Shown one piece after another: positions 25,899-37,344 of a stretch of DNA of 64,000 nucleotides. A program made the translations under genes and the position numbers. How positions within the stretch are numbered: the first letter of the stretch is position 1; each line of letters begins with the position of its first letter. The stretch is from Lama glama (taxonomy: Eukaryota), in contig CM052817.1 of the NCBI GenBank assembly GCA_028534125.1, forward strand, positions 32,614,001-32,678,000. Direction: 5' to 3'. The notes under the pieces were generated by a model, which was not told the origin of the DNA, did not search any database, and saw nothing but the letters and a program-made list of their open reading frames with translations.

Positions 25899-26660
25899 AT
25901 GAAGAAATCATCACGGGAGAAATGAGCACAAAATTAGGAATCCTTTTTACAAAAATCTAACGCCACTTCTAACTCTGGTGTCTCAGAACCAAAATGAAGC
26001 TGGTTTTCATCTGTTCGTAAGCTCCTAATTAAACTATTAAAACATAAGGGAGCCCCAAAAGAGAACATAGGTGGATAAGCCAATAAAATCATGAGTCACA
26101 CAGCTTAAAAACTCATACTCTCATTGATGCTGGTAAGTTCTGGACAGGCTCTAATTATTTGGTAATAATGGAAAGAGATTGTTTAGATAATTTATGCATA
26201 AAATTCACTGTTAAAACCTTCAATATTCTGGCTCTTTGAACATGAAAATGAAGAGGCAAAATGCTCAGGTCCATTGCTGTAACATAATGGATTTACACAT
26301 TGTTTTTAAAGTTGTGTCGTCCCTATTAGGAGCTAAATAAGAGGCAGAACAGGCAAGAAAGTGGGACTCCCAGGGGATCCAAGGGAAGAAGAGACCGGCC
26401 TGCTTTATCTAACAGCACCAACTGAAGCAGCCCTGTCTGCTCGGGGAGACCCGGGCCGAATACCCGAGCTTGGTAAGTTGTGATGAATTCCGTTCCCCCA
26501 TGTGTCATCTCCACACTGTAAATGTCTTTTCCACACACCTTTTTTCAGAGGCAAGAGACTGAAGGTGATCCTATCTGCTCCACCTTTTTAATCCCCGAAC
26601 TCCTATCACGATGCCTAGCACACAACAAGTGCTAAATAATCGCTTAATTAAAAATCTCTC

Positions 26661-26705
26661 CATTGTAGATCGACTACACTTCAATGAAAAATAAGAATAA
26701 AAAAA
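26661..26705 (+). mobile_element. Tiny L1 3'-terminal insertion
   Basis: cattgtagatcgactacacttcaat + A tail, like L1 ends at 42431-42460 and 53521-53550; TSD aaaa(t)ctctcc. Confidence 0.7.
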
Positions 26706-27922
26706 AAAACTCTCCTCCTGGGACATCTCTAGGACAAGTCTAAGAAGTTTGTCTCAAGTACTATCCCCAAGATCGAAATCTTCCCTCGGGGGGGAAAAAT
26801 GACTTAGCAAGCATTTTTATCTTCATGTAAATATAAAGCATGGAAATAGAAGTCTTCATTCTCTGTTCAAGGTGTCAATGAACAGAGGGAGGGAAATTTG
26901 GAGAAATGGGCAACTCTTCTCATTCGCCAGAAAGTGTCATGCTGCTGGGGACAAGCCTATCCTATAAACCCCATTTGACAGACGGACAAAAGGAGGCCGG
27001 AAAGAAGAACACACTTTCCTGAGGTCTTCTATCCCCACAGCCTTCAAGGTTGGTGCAGGTGGTCCCCCACCGAGCCCCTGTTATGTTCAGTCAGGTCCCC
27101 CTGAACCGCCCCAAGAGAAGATGGATGAACTGGGAGACCTAAAGGCACATCGCTCTGCTCGTGGTCTGTGGGGTTTTATTCCCATCACTGGGCCCAGGCA
27201 AGAGTATTCAGATGACAGTCTGCCCACACACAGACCCCTGAAGTGACTGTTTGGGGGTGGGGGAAGAGAAGCCTTAAGCATTTTAACAGCAAGCTTGAGT
27301 CTCGGCCCTAGTGGGCAGGGGAGGGGGGGCACACTCTGAGACCACAGGACATGGGCAGGCCAGTGCAGGGAGCGGCATGCACCTGGCTGTGGTCTCCACA
27401 GCTCAGGCATCGCCCGGAAGCCTGGGGCTGGCTGTCGTACCTGCGGCCAGGACCACACTCCTACTCTTTCCTAGAAACCAGATGCCCATGGGATCAAAGA
27501 GCTGGAAGCCACTTCCTTATTTGGGGTATGGATCTTTTATTTCATAACTGGCAAAGGGCATTTTCTATGCAAAATCTCAGCTAAGCAATTCGCCGGATGC
27601 CTAACATACCTGCCCCTAATTCTTTTTCTCACTGATAGCAAATTGAGACTATTCCCCTGACATAGGTTTCTGGATTCATTCTGTTGATCTTTCTCACTCA
27701 AAAAAAGTGGTGAGTTACCTTCAGAAAACTAACTTTACAAACCTGGACAGCAGCAGGAGCTTTACCTGTTGCAATGACCAGAGTATTCTTTTCAACGCTT
27801 CAAAATTAACTTTGGAATGGTTACCTGAGACTTGCCAATAACTCACATTTTTATAAAAAAGGGTTTAAAGTCCATGTGTGTAACACTATCCAGATATAAT
27901 TCTCTAGGAAGAGAATTCCTAT

Positions 27923-27936
27923 TTTATTTATTTATT
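27923..27936 (-). terminator. Three overlapping AATAAA: candidate intermediate poly(A) site
   Basis: Plus strand ttttatttatttattttt at the end of a U-rich UTR block. Confidence 0.55.
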
Positions 27937-30009
27937 TTTTGCAAACAATTTTAGAGGCAGGGTGTTAAACTGATTGAAGTTTCACAAGATTGACATTATT
28001 GCTTAAAGTGCTTGAATTGGTTACATAAAAAAAAATAAGGTACAGATTATTTTAAATAAAAACTAAAAAAAAATTTTTTTTAGCAACAAAGTCAAATAAA
28101 TGAATGCCACACAAATACAGTAACTATTTTGGTTATACATAAGTGGAAGCCAAAAATAAATTAATGTAATACTGGAAAACAGAAACTTAATTAGGCAGAA
28201 ACATAGGAAATCATTTTCCCTGACCCATGCCATTTACATGAGTTAATCACACTAGTGCTGATAAATGCCTTGACCATATAATAGCAAACGAGGGCAAAAC
28301 ATTTAGTACACAATATTTTAATACACATGAATATACAAAGTTGATCAAAATGCAGTGTTTAAAGATAAAATCCATCTGTAATAAAGCTACACTCCAATAT
28401 CTAAAATAAGCCCTAAGCTCTAGTTAGAACCTAGTTCATTGTTAGGCATGCCCATGAAAATTCAGGGTATCCATGAAAATAAACGCATAGGACCATTTCT
28501 GTCATTTTTTCCCCATTTCATCTGAAATCCAAAATATATCAGGCTATAAAACCAACAAGACTAGTTTCCTAGTCAAACCTACCACCCTCTTGTGTGGTTC
28601 CTTGGCTCCCTTCAAACCAGCCCACTTCACGTGGCCTCGGAATGGAAAATGCATCGGAATAACAAGACAAAAAATATCAGCCTTCTACCAACGTGGGCTG
28701 TTAAACAAACGACGTTTTAGCACACTGTACCATAGTCTAGACGTTAAACAAGGAAGTAACCAATAAAGCAAACAGTCCTTCTCTTTTTTAAGTGTCAAAC
28801 ACTGTAACTTATTTTAAAACACCCAGTAGTTAAAAGAAATACAGCAGGCTTCACTCCTGCCAGAAAGTGACACAAAAAGCTGGCCACTGTGGGAACACCA
28901 CTGAGCCTTTGTGCTGTCTGATCTCAGGATGGTCTCACGTATCCCACTCCACTCTCTGCTTCACGCAGCGAATGAGGGATGGAAAAGAAAGAAGTGTTTA
29001 TGTGCTATCGTCTTCACATAAAGTGAAATGACTGGGGGTGGGGGTGGGGAATGTAGCTGCCTTGTGTTTCTGTCATTTATTAAAGAGGAAGAGGGAAGAA
29101 AATCCTGGATAGCTCTAAAGTTTAAAAAACTGATGGAGTGTTGGCGGATAAGTGTGTTTTGGTCTTTTTTCAGTCTTCTTTTCCTTCATCACATGACCAT
29201 TTTAATGTCTTTGTATTATCTTCGATACGTATTTTTTAATTCCAAAAATTTATCCATGAATACTGAATTTTAATTGACTTTTTTTTCCTGATCCTTTCTT
29301 AATATTGAAATGAATTACTTCAGTTAAGTCACTGGGAAAAACCTTCTACACATTGCAGAAAAAAAAAATCACTGAAACTATGACTTAGCATGTAAATATG
29401 ACTTCTGTAGGCTTCCAACTGAAACTTTCTAATACGTTAACTTCAAGAATCATTTCAAAGATAATTTTAATAGTTCTTCTTATGTATCAGTTTCAAATAT
29501 ATTAGAGATCAATCATCATTTTCTTAAAGTTTCAACCTGCAGTCAGACATAAGGATTATGTGTAGTACAAATAGCTCCCTGTATCATTCACCTTCAGTTG
29601 GAAAGTGTCTCTCCTTAAAAACAGAATAAAAACTCACCTTCCAGGTAAGTGATTACTGCATGTTTCATGGAGGAAAAAAAAAGACAAAATGTTTATAAAT
29701 ATGAATTCGCCTCTATACAAGGCAAGGTATATTTTCATCACTTGTAGAAAACAATAATGTGAAGATCACCCTGTTTTTGTCTTCTCCAGTGAAAAGTAAA
29801 AGATGTTCACTTCAAGCATGATCAGATGAAGTGTTGGCATGCTTATCGAAGTTCTGAGCGATAAACAGTTCAAGATATTTCCAAGATAAGAAATCCAGTT
29901 TTCATACAGATAAAGTGCTATGCTCTTACTTGTTGCAAAATGGCCAGTAATATTTTCAATTGCAATTTTAGTTCACATTATGCCAAAAGTTTGCATGTTC
30001 GTTCGCTGA

Positions 30010-30015
30010 TTTATT
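30010..30015 (-). terminator. Candidate proximal poly(A) signal
   Basis: AATAAA about 1.4 kb after the stop codon. Confidence 0.4.
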
Positions 30016-31448
30016 AGGTAACAAAGTAACAGGTTCACAGTATATTATAGTGTATGGAAGCCAATGGACTTCCCAAAGGAAGCCAAGATCTGCAACTCAT
30101 AATATTTGTAAGAAACCAAAAACCAGCTCAACAGCAAAACACCATATCGACCCTTTTTAATAAAAGGTACCAATATGCAAATGATCTAATAAATACACAT
30201 ATAACAAAAGTGAAAAAGGTAAAAGTAACTATGGTGAGATGAGGTTCTTCCAAAATGCTCCGTCGTGTCGAGCCTTCTAGGAGTCTGAGCCAAAGACACG
30301 CTACCACTTTGTCCATCCCTCCACTCGCCGACTGACACTTCCTTTTCCCCACCTTCAAACCCAGCTAACTCCAGTGTCTCCTGGAGAGAAGTTTCCACAT
30401 TAGCCCTGGGGCTCGCCAGCGCCTCAGTAAACAGACTGAAATGTTCAAATGTCAACAGCTGTCCAACGCGGCTGATGGTGGGCAAGGTGAGTAATTTGGT
30501 TCTTCTCATAAAGGATGGTGTCGGTGCCGACTGGCCAAAGAGAGCTGCACCTGAGGCAGTCACCGTGGTCTCAGCCCTGCCACTACTGGCCGTGAAACAC
30601 CAGCGGGATCGGAAAGATACCTTGGAAAACTTAGCAGTGCTGGATAAAAGATAGATACAACTCACGGGACAGAAGAAAAGTGTCACTAAAAACAAAGAGC
30701 AGAGTTATTTTCCTGAAACTCGATTTTGGTAGAAAGATAAGAAAAGAAAGTCTCCACTGTGCACCAAAGCTCCCTCGTCTTGGCTTCGCCTGCCCTGAGC
30801 TCCGCACCTCCCGGGCCTGGGAATCGTGCCGGCGAGGTGAGCACAGCCCGGGCAGACGCGGGCCACCGGCACGGCTTCTCTTCGCCCTGCTCCACCTGGG
30901 GGGCGGTCTCACTTTTGAGGTTACTCACTTTTAAACATCTTCACTCGCACAAACTTAAAGCTATAGTTCCAGCTCTAAGAGGTGAACGTCTACCCAATTC
31001 TTCTGTCCTTCTGTCAGAAAAGAGGCAGAGAAGCTAAAGATGGGTAGCAGTGTTTCCAGGGACAAGTTAAAGGAATGCATTGAAGGAGACCCCGGAAGCC
31101 ATTTAGGAAGTTTAGCTAAGACCCCAATAGACTCGACGTTCGTAGGAACTGTCATTCTAATTCAGCCAGACACATAGCAGGTGGCACAGCATGTACCCAA
31201 CCCTAAAATTAACAAAAGTTATTCCCCTAACCCTTACTACAGTCTGATTGTAGTTAACTCCACCTCAGACTAAAACAAAACCACGAGTGCTGCATGTAGA
31301 AAAACGAGGGAGAGAGAGTGTAACACGGCCAGACCACCCAGACTTGGGGTAACACCTGGTGGCCGCTGGGGAAGAGGAACGTCTGGGAAACCAGGTGAGA
31401 GAGCTTTGAACATTTCCCCCACTTGAATCAGTCCCACAGCTCTGCGAG

Positions 31449-31550
31449 TTATTCTCTTGACTGATAGAATAAAATATATCCAGATTCGGAATTTTTTGAT
31501 ATATCTGATGTCAGGCCATAGAATTCTTCAATAGCTTGGGCATCTATTTT
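31449..31550 (-). CDS. USP46: USP46 last coding exon ([33 protein letters not shown])
   Basis: Acceptor ttgcAG at 31551-31552; TAA at 31449-31451; C-terminus YILFYQSRE recalled as USP46 (paralog USP12 recalled as ending SRD). Confidence 0.97.
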   Translation of the reverse strand, partial: KIDAQAIEEFYGLTSDISKNSESGYILFYQSRE

Positions 31551-32423
31551 CTGCAAGAAAGAGAGAAATAAAACAATACAATGGTTTAACATGATTTCTG
31601 GGAGAAGGAAAGAAAAAGGTAATGGAATGCACGAGAAAATGTAAGAAACTGTCATAAATTCACAGCTGGGGACTTTCAATAGCAAACAGAATTCCACAGA
31701 CTTGACAGGGAGACATGATTACATGCATTGTGAACTGTGAGGGAAGAAAGTCACCCTTCAGTCTGTCAGCCATAGGTGGGCACTCTTTGAAGAAGCCAGG
31801 ACTTCTGCTATCAAATGATAAACTGGGGGAGCTCTTGGGAATAACGTTAATTCTTCCAGGTCAGCAGAGTTTACTCCCTTTAGTGCTACCCTAAGTGGGC
31901 TAAAATAGATCATGTCTTTGAGTGTGGAATTCTCTCCAGCTGATATTCCTTTCGAACAAAATCAAAATACAAAAAATAAAAATCAATATACAGAATACTT
32001 AAGTGTAACATAAAGATTTCCAGGTTTAACAGACTGAAAGAATTTTTAAAAAATAATCAATATAAGAAAAATTTGGTGTAACAAAGTAATTTTAATAGAA
32101 CTTCAAAGTTTATTTGGTCTGTACCAGACAGGGCTTTAGTCACAGTAGTAAACAGGATTTACATGTAAATATGACAGCAAAGAGGTCCCATGTCTATGGC
32201 TGATCAGTTAACTGAACAAGAACACAGTACTCACAAGCCCACGGTCACACCCCTTCGCCCCTTCCAGAGAGGATGGGGAGCAGCAGAATTGAGCTTGGAG
32301 AGAAATGAAGGTTGTTTTCAACTCAGATTATGGGAAAACAGACCTACTTTAGAAAAACCTACTTTACATACACATCCCAAAATGTCTACGCCCCACCCCG
32401 ATGATACCAATCTGCATACCAAC

Positions 32424-32502
32424 CTCTACAATGTCGTCATCAAACAAAAGCCAGAAACCATGACTTTTCACAATAGTAATATAATGCCCACGATTAGGAC
32501 CA
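32424..32502 (-). CDS. USP46: USP46 exon 8 with His box ([26 protein letters not shown]; His313, Asp329)
   Basis: 79 nt; acceptor ttttccAG, donor GTTGGT; GHY...WLLFDD catalytic motif. Confidence 0.97.
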
Positions 32503-33559
32503 CTGGAAAAGAACAAACCAAAGCAAGTTACCAGGTTAACATTTACTGCTTTATAAAACGCTATGTAGCTCTTTAGATACAGTGATTCACTAGAAAAAAA
32601 ACCAAAACTCTATCACCAGGACAGTATAGGTCGTGTCTACGTCCACATTCGTTTGGCCACAACTCATGGAGTAACATCCAGATGCCGATGCTGTGCTGGG
32701 CACAAGGGAAAGGTGAGTAAAACGTTTGTCTCTTAAGCACTCACAACCCATGGGGGAAAACAGACATTCAAATGCAACAAATAGAAACATACAGTTACTG
32801 TACACCTATGATGTGCCAGACTCATTCTGGCTGTGAGGCCAAAAAAAGCAGTGAACAAGACAAAGCCCCCACTCTCTTGAGGTGAGGGTTGGAGAGGTAA
32901 TAAGCAGACTATAATATCAATAGATTTCAGGTGGTGCTAAGTGCTGGGAGGAATAAAGCAGAGTCACGGGGTGGTGAGTGACAGAGAGAAGGCACTACTT
33001 GATACAAAGTGATGACAGAAAGCCTCTCCGATAACATGAGATTTTAGCAGAAGAAAATTTCCCTGAAGGAAAGAGGTGAGAGTATGTGTGTGTTAAACAA
33101 GTCATGTGACCATATGAGAGACGTTTCAGGAAGGGGTAAGAGCAAGTGTGAGGGGGGGAAGGGGCGGGAAGAGCTCTCGGCGTGTTCACCAAACACCAGG
33201 AAGCCAGAGCCCAGTGGGCCCGGGGCATGGAGGAGGGGAGGCGAAGGGGGTACCGTGGTTAAGATTCCGGACTTCTCTGAGAGTGAGCCAGGAAGACGCT
33301 TGGGAATTTTGAGGAGTGACATAATGTGATTGAAGTTTTAGAGGATGTTAAACCATAATAATAACAAGTAGGAAAACAAAGAGTTACATTATTACACACT
33401 ATTAAAAAAAAAGCAGGAGGAACAACTACATAGCAGTTACTGTCATCAGATTTGCACAACTGAGAGGAATTTAACTGTAAATCTTGAGTTTTGGGTTGTT
33501 TTTTCCAATGCACCATCAAAGTGAAGCTGTATTTGCCTTTCTTTAAATACAAGATGACC

Positions 33560-34055
33560 CATAGGCTCTGTTTCTGCCTTTCTTCAACCTCACCCGGCCA
33601 CCCCTCCCCTCCAGCCCACTTGGCCTCCTCTGTTCACACACATCATCCGCTCCTGCCTTGGGCTTTGCACTTGCCAGAAATGCCTGAAATGGTCCCCCCC
33701 CCGCCACGTTTGTACTCTTGGCCCTTTTTATTCCTTAGGCCTCCGCTCAAATGTCACCTCGGTAAAGAAATCTCTGCCGACCACCTTCCCTGGAGAGGTG
33801 CCTCCTGCTGCTCTCTGTCATCGCCCTGTTCATTCCTCAGAGCGCTAATCAAGATAATCAGTTATTTGGCAGTGGTTTTCGGCGGCGGCAGGCTGGTGCA
33901 TTTACTTGTTAATTATCTGTCTTTCCCGCTAGATCCTCAGCTTCATGAGGGCAGGGCCCCTGTGAGTCTTGCTCACTGCAGTACCTTCAGATCCTGCCAC
34001 AGAACCCAGGAAATACGGGTTGAAAAATATTTGTAGGAGAGATCAATGAATGAGG
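33560..34055 (+). mobile_element. L2 3' region in intron 7
   Basis: ctcaaatgtcacctc...cttcatgagggcaggg...gctcactgc...aatatttg. Confidence 0.7.
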
Positions 34056-34227
34056 CTGTGTACCCAAGGCAACAGTGGGCCAGGAGGTCCCGGCATGAGA
34101 AGGGAGCGCTCAGCTCCCCAACCTCGGAGCTTCCCAGTGCCCAAGGCCGGAAGCCACCTGATCCCTGTGCACGGGCAGCCCCGCTCTGTGTATGAGAACA
34201 GCCCCACCTCTAGCGGGGTGGAATTTA

Positions 34228-34252
34228 GTATATGTGCTGCCAAAGCGAGCAC
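34228..34252 (-). pseudogene. 3'-truncated (tailless) U6 snRNA retrocopy, U6 nt 1-25
   Basis: Minus strand GTGCTCGCTTTGGCAGCACATATAC = U6 5' end with one C>T; 19-bp TSD with 1 mismatch (34209-34227 / 34253-34271). Confidence 0.9.
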
Positions 34253-34652
34253 TCTAGCGGGGAGGAATTTAAAGCATCCTCGTGAGTAGCATGCATGACT
34301 CGGCACCAGCTCTCCCTTGCTCCCAGGGCTGCTCTGACCTTGGGCCCCCGTTAAAGAAGCTGAGCATTCTTGAACCCCACCTCCCACTCGTCCCCCAGTT
34401 CTCATGGGTCTCTGCCTCGTCCTCACCAGTGCCCCCACGGATTAGAGTTGGCACCAGAGAGATCCATTCTGAAACCCCCTGTGGTCCCCACATCCCAGGG
34501 TGGTCTGCTTCCTGTCACCCGTCCACGCCACCCACCTCGGCCACCAGGGACCCTCCAGGTACCAGGCTCTGCCTGCCCCAAGACCTCCTCCCAGCCCAGT
34601 GTTCACGGCTAGTTTCCAGATCACTGGACCCCATATTCTTTAAAAGACTGTT

Positions 34653-34794
34653 GGGGGAGGGTGTAGCCCAGCGGTAGAGTGCCTGCTTAGCGTGCATGAG
34701 GCCCTGGCTTCAATCACCAGTACCTCCATAAAAACAAACAAACACAGCTGACGAATAATAAATAAATAAATAAACCTAATTACCCTCCCCCCAA
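34653..34794 (+). mobile_element. Camelid tRNA-derived SINE
   Basis: Perfect 11-bp TSD AAAAGACTGTT (34642-34652 / 34795-34805) at a TT/AAAA L1-endonuclease site. Confidence 0.92.
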
Positions 34795-35689
34795 AAAAGA
34801 CTGTTAGACACATTCTTCAGGGGAAATACAAAGGTAGCTTAAAACTGACCAATAAATACAGCTCTCTGAGAATGTAAGAAAACAACCTGTGACTTAAAGC
34901 TACTCTGCACAGAACAAAAATGAGGTGCTTCAGATGTGAAGTTACAGATTCTGATACCACCCACCCAGTATGGCAAAAAAATCAATCCATCCATTCTTCC
35001 ATGTGGAACCACATATCCTCTTGGTAACGGTCTGTTCACCAAGATGGGATCCAGGTGGATGGAGAGGAGAGGACGCCTGCTTGGTGACAGGCCCCAATCT
35101 AAAGCCTACAAGACGGAGAGAGCCTGCTGATCACAGGGAGGGGACACAGGCGCCTCTCAGCTGAGCGAAGGATAGTGAACAGGTGAATTTTCAACAGACT
35201 TTTGCATGCTTACACCAAATTATGAAATAAAAAATATTTCTTCAAAGACTTTCAGCAAAATATTTTGTTTCTCCAAATTTTAAGAGAAGCTTCCAGTCTT
35301 TACTCATACATCTTAAAATACTTTTGAGATCCTACTATATACGTAACCTGGTTTTTAACAAATTAAAATCATAGCATAAACATTTATTTCTCCATGTTAT
35401 TTCAAACTCCTCCTAAGTATCATTTGTATCCAATGGAGATTAAATTATTTCCCTTGTGATAGAACATTATTATGATGATGCATTTGTTTTTTATTTTTAC
35501 TTTATTATTTTATTTTATGATGTATGTTTAGATTTGTTTAGAGTTGATAAACAGACTGGAGCTTGGAGGCGATCCCCCTAAAGCACCGTTACCTACTGCT
35601 GAGCCTCACCCCCCAGGAAGGGCGTGGCGGGGTCTGCTCTGGCCCGGGGACGGCACTTCCCCCGCGCACCCCGCTCCCGCCGCGCTCAC

Positions 35690-35887
35690 CTGCCACAGTG
35701 AACCACCACCGCGACCAGGTCGTACATGCGGTCCAGGTTCACCGCATCACTGGAGGTGTTGAAGAGCCGGAGCTCCAGCGGGAAGACCACGCGGTAAGAC
35801 AGCTTCGTGTACCTGTGCAGCTGCTCCATGTACTTGAATCGCTTGAGGTGCAGGGCCAAGATCATGGGCAGCTTTTTTACTCTCATC
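35690..35887 (-). CDS. USP46: USP46 exon 7 ([17 protein letters not shown]...[11 protein letters not shown])
   Basis: 198 nt; acceptor ttcttAG, donor [17 protein letters not shown] motif; overlaps ORF 35686..35886. Confidence 0.98.
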
Positions 35888-37260
35888 CTAAGAAACCATG
35901 AAGTAGAGAATCAATGGTACCTAACCCTGTGAGGGGAACAGGATACACCGCTGCCTGCACAAATGGAGAGCAGGAGCGGGTCCAGCAGATTTCAAAGCAG
36001 CAAACAGCCAAACTGCTCAAGGAACAGAAGTATGTTCGCTTATGCAGAGCTGACTTCTCCTGCAGACTTGGCTAACTGGAGCCCAGCCAGCACGGAAAAG
36101 GGCAACAGGGGAAACTCTGCTCAAAGGAGACGTTGCAGAACTTTTGTACCAATAAAACTATGCTGTGCAACTCCACGTCACTGCCCTCTGCCTCCCAGGG
36201 CGGAACAGGATTTGGTGGATCCCCCCAAAGAAAAAGGAGGCAGAGGACAAGCAGAAGGGTGCGGTCTGACTGCACAGGTTCTGAGGACGGACCGGCAGGG
36301 AAACCTGAGACACAGCCCGCTGCAGGCCAGCAGATAAGACAGCATGCTGGGCCCACACTCCCTCCCCTCCTGTGCCCCTGGGCAAGTTCCTTCCCTTCTC
36401 TGGCTCTCGGTTCCCTCACCTGTAAACACAGGGGTTGGCTTAGGGCTACATTCCCCAAAATGGGCTCATGAGAGCACTGGAGATGTTAACGGATGTGAGG
36501 TTTCTGGGGCCAAGTCTGGACAATGCTCACCCCTGAAGGCTTCAGACGGCAGGAATGAGCCTCTGTGAGTTACCTTGAGTGTGCCACAGCCACGGGCAGG
36601 GTAAATTTAACTCACAATAGGGCTTCCCAGGATAATTAAAATGTCAAGTTTTTTTGGCTTCTGGGGGCAGGACACAGGCAATGGCTGGTTATCTCAGACT
36701 GTCTAAGAGCTGTGACTGGCTAGTGCTGGTGAACAGATGCGCAACCTCAGGTTCTGCAGCAACTTGGAATGGGGCAACTTTCTCATCACCTACCCAGAGA
36801 ACCGACGTTACTGATTTCTTCGTGATTCCTTATTAAACATTTGATTTTTTTTTAACCTCTTACGTCTTTTAAATAAGAAGTTCCAATGTTGAGGCAATAC
36901 TAACAACACTATCAGGTGGTCACTATGTGTTATGCATTAGGCTAAGTCCTTTTTATAATTCCCCTTTAATCCTAAGAGGAGAGTGATCATACCTGCTCAC
37001 CATTTGTTCACCCAGCAGGAGTACCTGGCACACTGAACAAATGAATGAACAGAATGATGGACGAACAATCGGACGAATGGGCGCACTCCCCCAGGTTGGC
37101 ATTCTTACCCTAGTTTTCCAATGAGGAGGGTAAATGACTTCTCCAAAGCTACTTGGCAGCCAGCCCGTGGGACTGGGACTCACAACCAGATCTGTGCAGC
37201 CCCAGTCTGGTTCCTTCTGACTACACAAAGCCACCCTCCAAAGCTAAACCCTTCACTCAC

Positions 37261-37344
37261 CTTTTCTGGGCCTCCTGTTTGCTGCAGCATGTTTCACAAT
37301 AATATTTCTGTTCACTGCACAGTGTTTCTGTGTTGCTGAAGTCT
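37261..37344 (-). CDS. USP46: USP46 exon 6 ([27 protein letters not shown])
   Basis: 84 nt; acceptor ttgcAG, donor GTGAGT; second Zn-finger CxxC. Confidence 0.97.

Larger units (their letters stand above)
25870..31448 (-). other. USP46: USP46 3'UTR, up to about 5.6 kb (distal end inferred)
   Basis: Largely repeat-free, U-rich on the minus strand, with AATAAA at 30010-30015, 27923-27936 and 25893-25898. Confidence 0.65.

Noticed and set aside
30186..30695. 169-aa sense ORF in the USP46 3'UTR
   Set aside because: Non-ATG start, no recognisable domain, lies after the stop in the last exon; consistent with chance.
33491..34036. 181-aa ORF, the longest in the track
   Set aside because: Lies over an L2 relic, antisense in an intron, and shows no protein similarity.
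35563..35901. Plus-strand ORFs opposite exon 7 (and opposite exon 3 at 60338-60746)
   Set aside because: Antisense shadows caused by the high GC3 of the USP46 exons.
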